64,000 nt of DNA from Hydrolagus affinis (lineage: Eukaryota), in NCBI GenBank assembly GCA_012026655.1, contig JAAILG010001045.1:1-64000 (forward strand). The letters run 5' to 3'. Positions 50,920 to 63,900 of this stretch are shown here, piece after piece (position 1 is the stretch's first letter; the number at the start of each line of letters is the position of its first letter). Position numbers and translations under genes: made by a program. Under the pieces are notes generated by a model that did not search any database, was not told where the DNA came from, and was given only the letters and a program-made list of their open reading frames with translations.

Positions 50920-51920
50920 GTAAAAATCAATTGATCTGGAATCTGCTCAAAGTTGTGCACAGTGCAAAGCCAGCAGCACAACTAGAATTAACTCATTTGG
51001 GCATTTGCGGAAGCGTTTTTGCTACTGTACTTGTGTGAAATTAAATCTACGAATCCCGAAAACACAATCCAATGCAAGTGAACAACTGCAAGTCATCACA
51101 CAGAAACAAACAATTTCATGAAAGGGTTCAGAGGTTTGACATTAAAGGTGAGGTCATCCCTCCAGGGGTCTTTTGCTGACTCATATACTAAAGGTCACCA
51201 TCCTCATGAAAAGGTTTTTGGTGAAATCTTGTTAATTTTGTGGGTTAGATCTGTGTTATCTCTTTGACCATGCTTTGGTCAACAAGCTCAAATTTCCTCT
51301 CCTTTCCTATCTACTCAGCTGGAACACCCTGTCTGTTATGTGAAGTACTTTGCAACGTTTGATGTGGAAGATTCTATATAAATGTAAATTATTGTTGTAT
51401 TCAGTGATTCCCCCATTGTCTTTGTGAAGTTCGTTGAAATGTTTATCCTCTGTGAAAGGTGCTATGTAAGTTCAAATTTGTTGTGTTCAAATTTTGATGC
51501 TAACGATGACTGTCAGTGCAGACAGAAACTGTCAATAGAGAGGAGAAGAAGCAACAGAATTGTACATCATTGTTTATCGTACTTTCAGCAAGTACAAGTG
51601 ATGTGTTACTCCTTTTAGGTCACAGTGGGATCAATTTAGCTTCCTATTTGATACTTACAATGCCTTGGGACATCATCCCGACATGAAATGCGCTTTACAA
51701 ATGTAATTTTGTTGTTGTTGTTATGTTCCCTGGCTTATGTTCTACCCTACCTCGTTCGCTTCCTCTTTTCCGCCAATGCCATTTCCAATGTTAAAATGCA
51801 TGAAGTCAAGTCCACAGCTTTAGATATCTGGACTGTGGACTGCAGCACTGCCTATTTGGTAGGATATTGGCTGCTCTGAGATTTTCCTTAGTAAAATGAA
51901 ATCTGATAAAAGAAGAAGTT

Positions 51921-52215
51921 GAGTCCAGTGGTTAGAGCACTCACCTTACAAGCGAGAGACCTGGGTTCAATTCCAGATAGGGCGAAATCTTGGGCAAATT
52001 TCCTTATTCCACATGTCTAATAATAATCCCTCAAAAAAAACAATAACATTGGTCATTTCAATCTAGGACTGTTTGTGGAAAACCACTGTGTGCAATTGGC
52101 TGCCACGTTTCGCCTACATATATACAGTCAATTCACTATACAATACTGTGAGGTGTTTTGAGATGTCTAGAAGATGTGAATGAAAAGCGCTATATCAAAT
52201 TTAAGGATTATTATT
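51921..52215 (+). mobile_element. Near full-length tRNA-derived SINE
   Basis: cagtggttagagcactcaccttacaag..gggttcaattcc..aaagcgctatatcaaat. Confidence 0.9.
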
Positions 52216-52224
52216 TTTATGAAA

Positions 52225-52470
52225 GCTATTGTCACAGCTGAGCCTGGTCCTTGCTTTGCCTGAATACACATGCGTGTGGAGTGGTGGTTGGAGAGGGGGG
52301 AGGGGGGAGGCGAGGGGTATTAACTGGAAAACAATCAGACTGATTTCCCAAACCCAGAGGGAGCTGACACCAATTGGAGCAACCCTTAGTTGCAGCCCCA
52401 GTAGAATTCAGCAAAGGCCTGGGACCTTAGAACTTTCTGATCTGCAAAACCAGTAATGGGACAGGAGTTA
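52225..52470 (-). mobile_element. LmeSINE1-like fragment
   Basis: Plus strand tcacagctgagcctggtcct..ctgatttccc..ccaattg..tcagcaaaggcctggga. Confidence 0.5.
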
Positions 52471-52587
52471 TATTTACATATTCTGCCATCAGGGAATGTA
52501 CTAATTCTGTTTTAAAGTAAATGGTATAAATTTATACCAACAGATGTGAACAGTGAGGTGATGATGTCACTGTGTGACTGATGGCAC

Positions 52588-52751
52588 CTCTGTACGTTCC
52601 TCTGTTGAAACATCTGGTAACGTGTCTCGGAAGGACACTGTGTCTGTAACAAGGAGTTTTGAGGCTGTCAAAACTCCTGCTGGAACAGCCAAGTATATTT
52701 CAGCCCACTCTGAGAATGCCACTAAATCACCATGTCTGCCCCTTTCACATC
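52588..52751 (-). other. Candidate exon (164 nt)
   Basis: Strong acceptor ttttgtattgctgttttgcag|G, weaker donor GAG|gtgcca; one open frame. Confidence 0.3.
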
Positions 52752-52959
52752 CTGCAAAACAGCAATACAAAATATTTGTCTTTGACATTAATTGAAGATT
52801 ATAAAGAAAACTGGGCAGCTAGAAACAACAACACAATTACGCTTGTATAGCAAGCCACGAGGACATCCCAAGGAACAGTGACATTGGCCATGTGATACTA
52901 TATCAGTTGACAATGCTGGTTCAATTTCTGCCTATTCTTCAATATAGCCTTCCAAGGCT

Positions 52960-53345
52960 CCAGAGACAATACAGAAGAGGGCAACAAAAATGAATCCCAA
53001 CTATTTGAGGAATGAGCTAAGATTACAACAAGATATGGTTCTTCAGTCCTGAAATGAGACATCTCAATGGGGATCTTATAGAGGTGTATGATATTTTAAA
53101 TGGGATTAATAAAGTAACTCAAAGTGTAATGCACTGAGACAATATAACAAGAGGACATAGGTTTAGAGTGGCAAAGGGCCAGATACCAATAAATACTCAT
53201 TTACCCAGAAAGTAATTAATGATTTGAGCAGGTTGCAATGAAGGGTGTTAAGGAAAGGCATTGGAGTATTGGAGACGGTGAGTATTCTGGAAGGGTGGGA
53301 TCCCAAAGCCATCTTCTTCATCTGAACCAATCTTATGATCTTGTG
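52960..53345 (+). mobile_element. CR1 3' fragment
   Basis: QKRATKM, GDLIEVY, acaagaggacataggtttag, tcttatgatcttgtga tail. Confidence 0.75.
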
Positions 53346-53959
53346 AGCAGACAAAAACTGCAGAAATTTCTTCTACTCCTTTTCAAACCTTTTCACTATC
53401 TATGGATTTCCAGATAATATAGCTCAGGCTACTTTAATGCTTTCTTAATTGGAGATTTTTTTTTAAAGGTTAAATTTGAATAAGAAGTTGTTTATGTTGA
53501 TTGATAATGTGATAACAAATTCTGGGAAATTATATAAAGTTCCAACAGCTTTTTCCAAGAAAATGTGCCTGGGGCAGAATGGAGCTCGCCCTTTAGATGT
53601 GTTGAGCTGCTATGCTAAATAATATCAGAAGAAATGCAATACATTCAACACACCCTAGTTTTTTCTACCATTATAAATTTGAGCTACTTAAATTTCCATA
53701 ATTGCCATCTTCCACTCAAATGCAGGCATGAAAAGTTTAAGGTTAGTAGACAAAGAGTGCAGAAGCTCTGAAATGAGTACTAACACAGCCATTTCTGTCA
53801 AACTGCTCCTGAGGTCCTTATTTTTCAGCACCAAAGACCGTCAGATATTTAAGAATAACTTGAAATGCCTGTTCTGTTGCAAAGCAAGAAACAAATGCAC
53901 TAACTAAACTAATGACAGGGTGCTGAATAATAAGTTTCAAAATTTAATTAAATATATGC

Positions 53960-54098
53960 AGTGCTTGAAAAGAAAAGATTGCAAGGCTAAGGGAACAGAT
54001 CGGGGGAGTGGGACTAATTAGAAAGCTTTTGCAAAGAGCTGGCACAGGCACGATGGACAGAATGGCCTCCTTCTGTTTTGTAGGACTATGATTTCATG
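53960..54098 (+). mobile_element. CR1 3' tail
   Basis: Similar to the 26300 copy (gaatggcctccttctg..ctatgatt). Confidence 0.75.
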
Positions 54099-54211
54099 AA
54101 GCCTACAGATTATTTGAAATGAGAAATGGATATAATCAGGTGTCACTGAGATGTAAGCACTTGTCTCAGAAATGGAAATGTAGTAAGTCACCATCTTTCT
54201 TTCTATTACTG

Positions 54212-54632
54212 GTGTCAGCCTTCTTCAGTTGATGGTACTCTTGCCTCTAGTTCAAAGGATTGCAGATTCAATTCCTAACTCAGAGGCTTTGGGCTTATGG
54301 TCTAGGTTGATTCTCCTGGTCATTATTGAGGATTGGGGGAACTCTGCATAGTTGGAATTGCTGTCCTTTGGGTGATATGTTAAACTAATATCCTGTCTAC
54401 CTTTTATATAAGCTTTAAATAATCTGTATCACTATTTGAAAAGAGATAGTAGTTTCTCCCAGTGTCTAGCTAATAATTTAGTTGAGTTTTCACCTCCTGG
54501 CTATTTGTGGGTATTGCCATGTGCAAATTGTCTGCTCTGTTTGCCTAGAAAATACAGTTGTTAACTATACTTTATAAAAACACTGTGTGAAGCACTTTGA
54601 GCTATTTCAACAGGACATCAAATGCAAGAATC
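54212..54632 (+). mobile_element. Deu-domain SINE, near full length, old
   Basis: Head, Deu core and tail all traceable. Confidence 0.72.
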
Positions 54633-55051
54633 ATGTTTTTATTCCAGGAAACAATTGCCTGTTCTTCAGTAAATAAGACAAAATGAGTGCTTCCCAAAAT
54701 ATCAGTAGAATATTCTGTGCTGCATTTAATTTCATTTGCAGAGCCAGTGCAAAGGATTCAATGCACAGTGTGGGGTTTTCACTAATAGATCTTAGTAATG
54801 AAAAGCAGGGATATCAGGAAATACAGAAAGGATAAGGGATTCTATGAGACTCGAAAGAACTTTACAGACATAAAGATACAAAGGAATCTTGTAAAGTCTG
54901 AAGACAAGAAGAAATGTGCAGAGGACAGGGCCCTATTGGATAAACATACAAAGATATTACAAACTGGACTGGTTAAAGCAAGATGTTGTTCTATTTGGTT
55001 TCCACTTAAAAGTCTTGAAGACCAAATAATCATCTGCAGAATCATCTGAGA

Positions 55052-55247
55052 TGTCAGCCTGGTTCAGTTGGTACCACTCCTGCCTTTGAATTAGAAAGTT
55101 GTGGGTTCAAGCCCCACATCAAGACTTTGAATTCACAAGCTGACAATCCAATGCTGTGTTGGAGCTACACTGCATCGCTGAAGGTGCCATCCTTCGGATG
55201 AGATGTTAAACCAATATCCCGTTTTACTGGATAGGTGGACATTAAAA
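55052..55247 (+). mobile_element. Deu-domain SINE 5' half
   Basis: ggttcagttggtacc..gggttcaagcccc..ggtgccatccttcggatgagatgttaaacc. Confidence 0.82.
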
Positions 55248-55380
55248 ATCATAGAATCATACGGCACAAATGGAGGCCATTCGGCCTATCTAGTCTGTGC
55301 CGGCTCTTTGAACAGAGCAACTCAATTCCAGTGCCCCGCTTTCTCCCCATAACCTAACAGACCTGCTCTTCCTAAATAAA
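55248..55380 (-). mobile_element. CR1 3' tail inserted into the Deu SINE
   Basis: atcatagaatcat..ggaggccattcggcc on plus strand. Confidence 0.82.
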
Positions 55381-56645
55381 GATCTAGTTCCCACAGCAAA
55401 AATGCACATTTAACAGTAAATCCTATGAAGCACTTTAAGATGTCCTCCTGACATGAAAGGCGCAATATCAAACTCAACGATTAATTATAACTTATTATTA
55501 CAGTATTATAATAAGTAAGAATTACCAGTCATTTCTATGTTTCCAGGAAGCTCCCTACTTTTTCTTGCCATCTCCCAGCTCCTCAATCCCTGAATATATT
55601 ATTTCACACTGGCCAAGTTCTTTCAATTCAAACCATGAAATAAGGATTCACCCAATGTCAATTCCCTGAAGCATGTCACAAGCCAACTCATCAATTAGAT
55701 GTAGCCCATGACATTTCTTGCTATGTGCTGAATTGAAATGCTTCTTCGCTCAAACCCCACACAGCTACCTACAACAACAATAATAACTCATTTATATAGC
55801 GCCACTCACGCAGTGTAGAATCTCGGAGCACTTATGAGCCAAGACCGATGGCATTGCATACTTTTTGATAACTGCCAGCCTTTCAGAATATTATTTTTGC
55901 TTTATTTGTGTTGGCCTTATCTGGAATTAAACATACAACTACTTCAATTCATGTTTGTGATTTAGCTGCCTCTGGCAAGGTGGCTTGGCAAACTGCACCT
56001 TGAAGGACGGCCAAATCTTTCTGAAACTAGTAGCTTAACTCCCTCATAATATTGTACTGGTAACTACATGCAAACCAGCAGCTCTTTATGGCTGTATTGT
56101 AAATGCAGCATTGGGCACACTTCTGCATGGCAATTTTCTGTCAGTGGTAAATTAAACTATGCAATTAAATAATGAATCTAATTTGACGCTTTATCAACTG
56201 TTAATGAGTTGCTTGTCCTTTGTGAATGCCTGTGGCTTACTCCAGTGCACAGGTGGTAAAGAAGAAAAAAATAACTTTGTGAAAACTCAAGGTTAGAGGA
56301 ACGTAAATGGGGGCAAAGAAGTGTCACTTGATAATCATCACATCAAATCCGCAATGAAACATTGCATGTTTCTAACCATTGCCAAAAAACGTTGATGAAT
56401 TAAACACAGCCCCTCCCTCCCCCCACTCCTTCTTTCCCGGCACAATAGTGTAGGCTGAAGTCTGATATATAAACATTTTCACTGCCCTCCTGGCTGCTAG
56501 CTCACACAACTGATTTTTATTTTCAATCCCGGAATCACCAATTGTAAGCTGCTTCACAGAATACCGATTGAGTTACATCTATATCTTATTTTTAGCAGCA
56601 CTCAGATGCCAATTGCCATAGTCGGTGGGACTGAGAATCATTCTT

Positions 56646-57040
56646 AACAACAACAAATTTACACTTGTATAGCAACTTTCACGTCGAGAAAGTCCCAAGA
56701 CGCTGGACAGTCAATTTTCAGACTTGAGCTGGGGTCGGGATCGGGTAGGATGAAGGGTAAGGAGGGGATTTGGGGTGACCAATGAGTCCGCTGAAGAGGA
56801 GGTTCTTGAGGTGGGACTTGAAGGAGGCTAGGGAAGAGGTGATGTGGTGGAACTGCGGCATGGAATTCCAGAGGTTAGAGGCACAGTGGTTGAAGGCTCT
56901 CCTGCTGATTGTGGGACGGGTGGGGCGGGGGATATGGAGCAGGCCGGAGCCCGCTGAGCAGAGCGAGCGAGCAGGTTGCTAGGGGGTTAGGAAGTCACAA
57001 AGGTAGGGTGGGGCGAGGCCGTAGAAGGTTTTGAAGATGA
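56646..57040 (-). mobile_element. L2 3' end
   Basis: Reverse complement of tail and LWNS..FKSHLK region. Confidence 0.9.
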
Positions 57041-58859
57041 CTCTCCTACTCTCCTAAACCGTCCTCCCCTTGCTCAACATGTAGTTGATTCTGTATATGT
57101 TTCCACAACATTATAGCTTCAGATCCAACCATCATGGTGCTGTGTGTGTGCGTATGGAGGAGGGGAATTAAATCATAACCACGAACTATGAAAATGTAAT
57201 TTTGTTGTTGTTGTTGTTGTTCATTGGTTGCTGTTCATTGGTTGCGTCATTGCCTACAAATACAGTCACTACACATTACAGCGAAATCATGTTAACTGCT
57301 TTAAAAAGTCTGCCCGATGTGAAATACTATATGCAATGTAAGGAGTATCATTTTGGATATAAACAGGAATGGATTTCCAACAGCTTGCCCCAACAAAAGA
57401 GAGTTAACTTTATATTTAAATTTCTTTAGATGGAAGGCACAGGCAAAGAGATGAATGGTCCATTTAACTAATTTGCCTCAGTCTCTTGCTATATTAGGAG
57501 TTGGATTAAGCTGAATAAATGTGGTTACCTGGCCTGGAAGATATCGGCCTGATAAGCACAATTTCCAATATTAATTGTTGAAAACGCATATTTTTTTCAG
57601 GATTTTTTATATTGATACTTTACCTTCTGATTCTCTTACAACTAAAGTTGCCACAAGCTTTCTTAACCTATGTGCACGTATTTCTGCACTATGTTCACTA
57701 TTTGGAGAACTGCCTTGATTTATAGCAGATTAGATTTCATCCTAACAGTTTGGAAGGAATTATGTTGGAATTCTGTTATGTCTCCGTGGAGATATAACTG
57801 CACTTTGCTCCAGTTCTAAGCATAGACAGCTACTACAGCTCTGTGATCTCAACCTTTTCCATATCAATGTTTTCCCCCCAATGACATCTAAAAGCTCTGG
57901 AATGGCATAATCATTGTGTGGCAAGCGGCAAAACTGCCCATGCCATGAACGACTTGTCTTCAAGGAAGTCCCTGTACATCTCTCAGGTTCCAGTAACTTC
58001 AGCTCCAATAGATCTGTTGTGTGTAAGTTCCCTTCATGTAAAGAATTCTGAAATAAAGTTGTTAAAATCAATGAGGGAAACAAAAGTTCAAAAGAACAGA
58101 AAGAATTGCAAGGAGTGTCCAAAACCATTCATCTTTATTACAAATATTGTGACAACAGCTTTGCATATAAGTACTGCCGTTCTCATACAAACATGTCTCA
58201 AGGAGCTTCATAAGACAAAGTGGGGGCCCAAGTAGGGTTGTAACTGGAGGGAGGTGACTGAGTGCACGGTTAAAGAGGTAGATTTTTTAGAAGGGTTTTG
58301 AAAGAGGAGAGGAAGGATTCAAGGCAGACGGATTTAACGAGAGATTTCCAGAAGTAACAGCAAAAACAGAAGATGCTTTGTTTTCATTTAGCTTGCATTA
58401 AACCAAATAATGTCAAGGTTAGAGTAATACTATATATCTACAAAAAACCTGCGTAATTTGCCAAGAACTTTATAATAAAAAATACTGTAAGTGAACAAAT
58501 ATTATATACTGTACAGTATTTATTACGAAGTGTTTTAACAATTAAAGCCTAGTGTATATAATCACTGGCTAATTACAATTTGCAAATTAATTGCACCTTA
58601 ATAAAAAGTTAAATAACTACATTAATCATCATGTTCTTTTCTAAGTATGGCATTATATTCTTTGAAAGGGTTGTAATATATGCCAAAGATAGTTTTGCTT
58701 TTGCAATTGTTCAAAACTGTAGCTTTTTAAAAATTCATGGGAAACTCTCTGACCTGATAACCATCATGTTAGATTGGGCTGGTGCCCACTTTTGCAAGAC
58801 AATAAAACTACTATAAGTTAAACATAAAGTGAATGGCATAATTCTCTTAATTTCCACAA

Positions 58860-59110
58860 CAACGGAGATCGGGAGGGTGGAGAACAAGTGAAGGAAGGAG
58901 GTTGATCGAAAGCACAGTCGAAGAGGAGAGTCGCGAGGTGGATCTTGAAAGAGGCAAGGGAGGGGGCGAGGCAGAGGACTGTGGGATGGAGTTCCCGGGG
59001 GTTGGGGTGGAGTGGCCATTGGTGGGGAGGGCGAGTCAGGATGTGAAGCAGGCCAGAGCCTGATGAACAGAAGCAATGGGGCAGGTTGGTATTGGGTTAG
59101 GAGGTTGCAG
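58860..59110 (-). mobile_element. L2 3' fragment
   Basis: cttgaaagaggcaaggga..gggatggagttcc on plus strand. Confidence 0.75.
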
Positions 59111-59237
59111 TTGGGGGGGGGTGGCGGGAGGGGAGTGGGGGGCAAGCCTGGATGGGGGAGCAGGTGAGGGGGAGTGGGGGGCAAGCCTGGATGTTATGAA
59201 TGCATGTATGAGGGTCTCGGTGGCCTGTGGTGCGAGA

Positions 59238-60340
59238 CAACAACAACAAAATTACATTTATAGAACACCTTTCACGTCGGGAAGACGTCCCAAGAGAATG
59301 GTGGAGGTGGGCGATGTTGCCGGGGTGAGGGCAGGCAGAGTGGATCAGGTCTGGATGTGGGTAGAAAGGATAATTGAGGGCCAAACAAGATGCCAAGGCT
59401 CCGGACTGGCTCAGTAAGGTGGAGTGTGCTTCCTTGTATAGTGATGCTGTCACCGTCTGAGGTGTGGAGGCTTATCAGGACAGCAGTGGTCCTGGAGTTG
59501 AGGATGAAGCCAAAGAGGTAGAATTAGGTGTCATTGGTATACATGTGGAAGTTGATCCCACGTCTGTGGATCATGTCACCAAGAGGGAACATACAGATAT
59601 TGAAGAAGAGGGGACCAAGGACAGAGTCCTGAGGAACACAGCACAAGACAGTGGGGGCTAGAGGAAAACAACTTTTGTGTAAATGAAGTGAAGACAGTGT
59701 GAGAGGTAGGATCTGAAGAATTCAAGGACAAAACCATAAAGATTGAAGTGAGAAGAGAGGTGGTACAGGAGGACAGAGTGGTCAACTGTATCAACATAAC
59801 AGAAAGGTCTCGGAGAACGAGAAGACAGAGGGAGCCCTAGTCACAGATGGGCAAAATATACTTTGTCACTTTGACCAGAGCCATTTCTGTGCTGTGTGTG
59901 GCACGGAAACCAGATTGGAGGGGTTCGTGAAGGGAGTGGAGGGTGAGGAAGGAGCAAAGATGGAAAGCAACGACTCATTCCAGGACCTTGGAAAGGAAAG
60001 GGAGGTTGGAGATGGGGTAGTAATTTGAAGGGATGGGCCCAGGGAGAGTTTTTTAAGGATAGGAGGGATGATAGCTATTTTTATAGGGGTAGGAATGATG
60101 CCAATAGACAGTGAAAGGTTTATGATGGTGGCATGAGTAGAGGGGCAAGGAGGTGGAGCTACGAGTTAAAGTGGTGTGGATGGGATGAAGGAGCACTTGA
60201 TCAGTTTCACAAGGGTAACAGTTGTGGTAAGTGAGGAGGAGACAGATTCAAATGTGTGGAGTGAGGAATGGATAGGGGCTGGGAAATGAAGGGGAGATGG
60301 GGGGTGATGGGGTGGTAGAGGTAAAAGCAGACGCCTTTCA
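59238..60340 (-). mobile_element. L2 LINE RT fragment, internally deleted
   Basis: Reverse complement encodes PISNLPFLSKVLE, QSGFRATHSTE, FHMYTNDT; tail at 59238. Confidence 0.9.
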
Positions 60341-60452
60341 ATCTCAGATCTATTGAAACTTTAAAATCTCATTCCACTAAAACTGTGCCTCGCCAATAGA
60401 TTGAATCCTTACACATATTTTTCCCCTGTGCATGTCTGTCTGCTCTCATCAG

Positions 60453-60501
60453 AGATGCAGAATCGTTCCAAATTTGCTGCGATGTGAATTGCAAAAGACA
60501 G
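60453..60501 (+). other. Candidate short alternative exon (49 nt)
   Basis: Pyrimidine-rich acceptor with TGCATG at 60429-60434, donor CAG|gtttga. Confidence 0.3.
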
Positions 60502-61158
60502 GTTTGACAAAGAAGGGAGATGTCATATTCCTGTTCCTCTTGACAGTCTGTCTGGGCACCGATTTATTCACACACTAAGCGTTGTTCTATTAACACCGGA
60601 AGTTGCAATATATTTTAAACAATGTTCCATTGTTAAAGCACTGAATGCAATTATGTTAAGAAAATTACTATGAAGCGGAAATGTTTAGAGTTTGTGACGT
60701 TATGAGCTCCTCCTGTTCACTGAATCATGTGTTGAGCTACAAACATCCTGGTTAGTATTGTTCTGGAGTCTGAAAGATTGTTCCTTCAAATAAAGTGATC
60801 AAAGGCATTGTGTAAATAAAGAAGCAGCATTTAATCCCATTTAATCTCACCCTTTCAGAATACCCACATTATTTCTCTCATTACAGCATTGAGCACATTC
60901 TTAACTATGTCCAGTTGGAGACGCCTAACCTTCCTGGTAACTGGTTCACATTAGTCATTTGTTGATGATTACCTTATACAGAAAATACATCACAGTGGCT
61001 GCCCTAAAATGCACTTGACAAATCTGCACCTGTGTCCTCTTGTCCTGTTGCCTCCCTAAAACCATGTGTCTACTTAAACCTTGACACTTTCAAGACGCAA
61101 ATACTGCTTTGTCCCACAAAATAAATATTCTCTTCACTGAGCTGAACTGATTCCAAGA

Positions 61159-62190
61159 AACAATAACAAAATTACATTTATAGAGTGCCTTTCACGTTGA
61201 GAGGATGCCCAAGGTGCTGAACAGACAGACAATGGGATTAGAGCATGGGGGAGGGGCAGGCTAGTGGGAAGGGGCAGGGAGGGAGGTGGGAGGCGGCAGA
61301 AGGCATGATCGAAAAGGAGAGTCTTGAGACTGGCCTTAAATGAGGCAAGGGAGGAAGCGAGGCAAAGTGTCTGTGGGATGGAGTTCCAAAGTGTGGAGGC
61401 AGAGAGGCTGAAAGCCCATCCGCCAATGGTAGGGCGGGTCCGGCAGGGAACATGGAGCAGACCAGAGCCCGCTCAACAGGCAGATTTGTAGAGAGTCAGC
61501 AGGTTGGAGAGATAGGAGGAGGCAAGGCCATGGATGGCCTTGAAAGTGAGGATGAGGATCTTGAATTCGATCCTATGGGGGATGGGGAGCCAATGGAGCC
61601 GGGCGAGGGTGAGAGTGATGGGGTCGTGGATGCCTAATGGGGGAGAGGACACAAGCTGCAGAGTTTTGGATGATCTGCAGCTTGTGAAGGCCAATGAGGA
61701 GGGAGTTTCCATGCTCAAGCTTTGATGTGACAAATGCATGAGAGTTTTGGCAACCTGAGGGGTGAGGTAGGGTTGGAGTCTGATAATGTTACAAAGATGA
61801 TAGAAGACAGTGCTGGTCATGGCATGGATGTGGAGGAGAAAGACAGTTCATGGTCAAACAAGACACCCAGGTTCCTGACTGGCTTCATGAGGTGGAGTGT
61901 GCAGCCATGGATGCTGATGCTGCCAGCGCCTGAGGTGGCGCAAGCCAATCAGGGGTGCCTCAGTCCTGCTGATGTTCAACTGGAGAAAGTTGTCCCTCGT
62001 CCAGGACTCAATATCAGTCAAGACGCTGGTAGTCTTGGAGTTGAGGATGGAAGCGTAGAGGTGGAGTTGAGTGTCATCAACTCGTGGAAATTTTCTCTGC
62101 AGATGATGTCACTGAGGGGGGGCGCATGTAGAGGATGAAGAGGAGGGGATCAAGGACAGAGCCCTGAGGAATGCCGCGCGAGACTGTGCG
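61159..62190 (-). mobile_element. L2 LINE RT and 3' fragment
   Basis: LARLHWLPIPHRIEFKILILTFKAIHGLASSYL; tail. Confidence 0.94.
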
Positions 62191-62689
62191 TAGACTGGAA
62201 GATAAAATGCAAAGTGAAGTGTACTGAACCTAAAGTAGATGTAGAGTTGTGGTTATGTTATTATTGGGAATAATGGTTGTATCTGGATCCAACACCATGA
62301 TGCCATGTTGCTGTTTTTTTGTTTTGGTATGGGGGAGGTTCTTAAATACAAATGCTGCTCAAACAAATTGATATTTGCGCACAGAACATTTTCAAGCAAG
62401 TATGTGATTCTTTTTTAAAATTGGACGCCCAGCTGGCATTCTTTCATCCATATACTTTACATTGGCACCTCACTTTCAGAACAATATTTACACCTTCTTT
62501 GTCAGAAACACAAGCTTTGTTTTCACATAAAATGTAAGAAATTTAAGCACAGCAATTTGTACCACAATCTTAAAAAGTAAAAAAAAAAGTGATGCTTTAT
62601 TATCTCCCTTTCTCATAACTTTATTCTAACTGTATTTTAGTGGATAGCATTATCCCAGCACTACCTGCACCTCCAATGGATGGAGCTTT

Positions 62690-62912
62690 CAGTCATTCTG
62701 CACCAAATGTCTGAAACTACCTCCAATTTGTACCTTCTGTCACTTTGCTCAAGTTCAGCCTCAAGGCTATCAATCAGTTTTGGTCATTTCTCGCCTCCCC
62801 ACCGACTTCAGCTCCCACCCCAGCTTGGGTGTCCAGACAGCAATGTTACACGCTTGGAGACATCCTCCCGAAGTTGATAGGTGCTATATAAATGTGTATT
62901 GTATTGGATTGT
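62690..62912 (+). mobile_element. L2 3' end, degraded
   Basis: gagctttcagtcattctgcacc..gacatcctcccgaagttgataggtgctatataaatg. Confidence 0.7.
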
Positions 62913-63759
62913 ATAGCTGTAACTGTAACAAGTATGTGATACACCCAGTGGAAAGTTACGAAAGTTATTCAAGCTGCACCTTCAAATAAAGAACATTTTG
63001 TAATAGGAAACTTAGAAATTAAGACCCACAAAATTGACAGGAATCTATTCCAGCTAAACCAGCAGAAAATATGCGCACTAAACTGACAGGAAACACAAAA
63101 ATATTCTATAGTCTCCTAAAACAGTAGGATATTGCAATGTATAATCATATTTGAAACACAGACGCATAGAGTTAGTATACGTTGAGGTTACTGGCCACCT
63201 CAGAGACACAAAGAGAGAGTCGACTATCACAGATAGTTTCAAGAAATGGTAATAAAAAGTCTCCAAGAAAGCATTTCCATTGGACAATCTAACATCAGGT
63301 CTACAGAGTCCTAGATTAGGAGCCTGTTGCCTGGTTGCCATAGACTCTAAGATATATCCTTAGAATGTTAGGCAGTAGGATACCTGGATGTAAAGCCACT
63401 AAGTACTGTGAACCGACTGACAGAGAATCAGTTGTGATGGACAAAATGACTATAAATGTAAACCTCTTGGGAACTGAACACCACTGATGGATGGCTCCAC
63501 AAATTGCTAGGGAACAAGGTGCTTTGGATAAAACAAATTACACTGACAATCATTCTTTTTCCAGCTGCTGACACCAGAAGTTATCCCAACAAGCAGCTAT
63601 TCATTTCAACTTTTAAAATGGTATCCGATATGACACATTTAGTAGAAGGGAAAAAGTGTCCCAGAAATATGACTGCTGGAAACGGAAAGATATGTCAGAG
63701 TAGAATTTCTAGAACAGTAACTGAACAGTTTGAATTTTGCAAAGCCTTTCAGATGTAAT

Positions 63760-63900
63760 CTGTTGTGTACAATTGGCTGCCGTGTTTCTCCCATAAAACA
63801 TACAGTCAATTCACATTACAGTTTATTCTGTGAAACGCTTTGTAATGTCTGGAAGATGTGATCAGGCGCTTTATCAAATGCAATAATAATATTCTTATTA
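63760..63900 (+). mobile_element. SINE 3' half
   Basis: caattggctgccgtgttt..cagtcaattcac..gcgctttatcaaatgcaa. Confidence 0.85.

Noticed and set aside
59125-59193. Direct repeat of ~26 bp (ggggagtggggggcaagcctggatg twice)
   Set aside because: Simple two-copy local duplication between L2 fragments; not an array.
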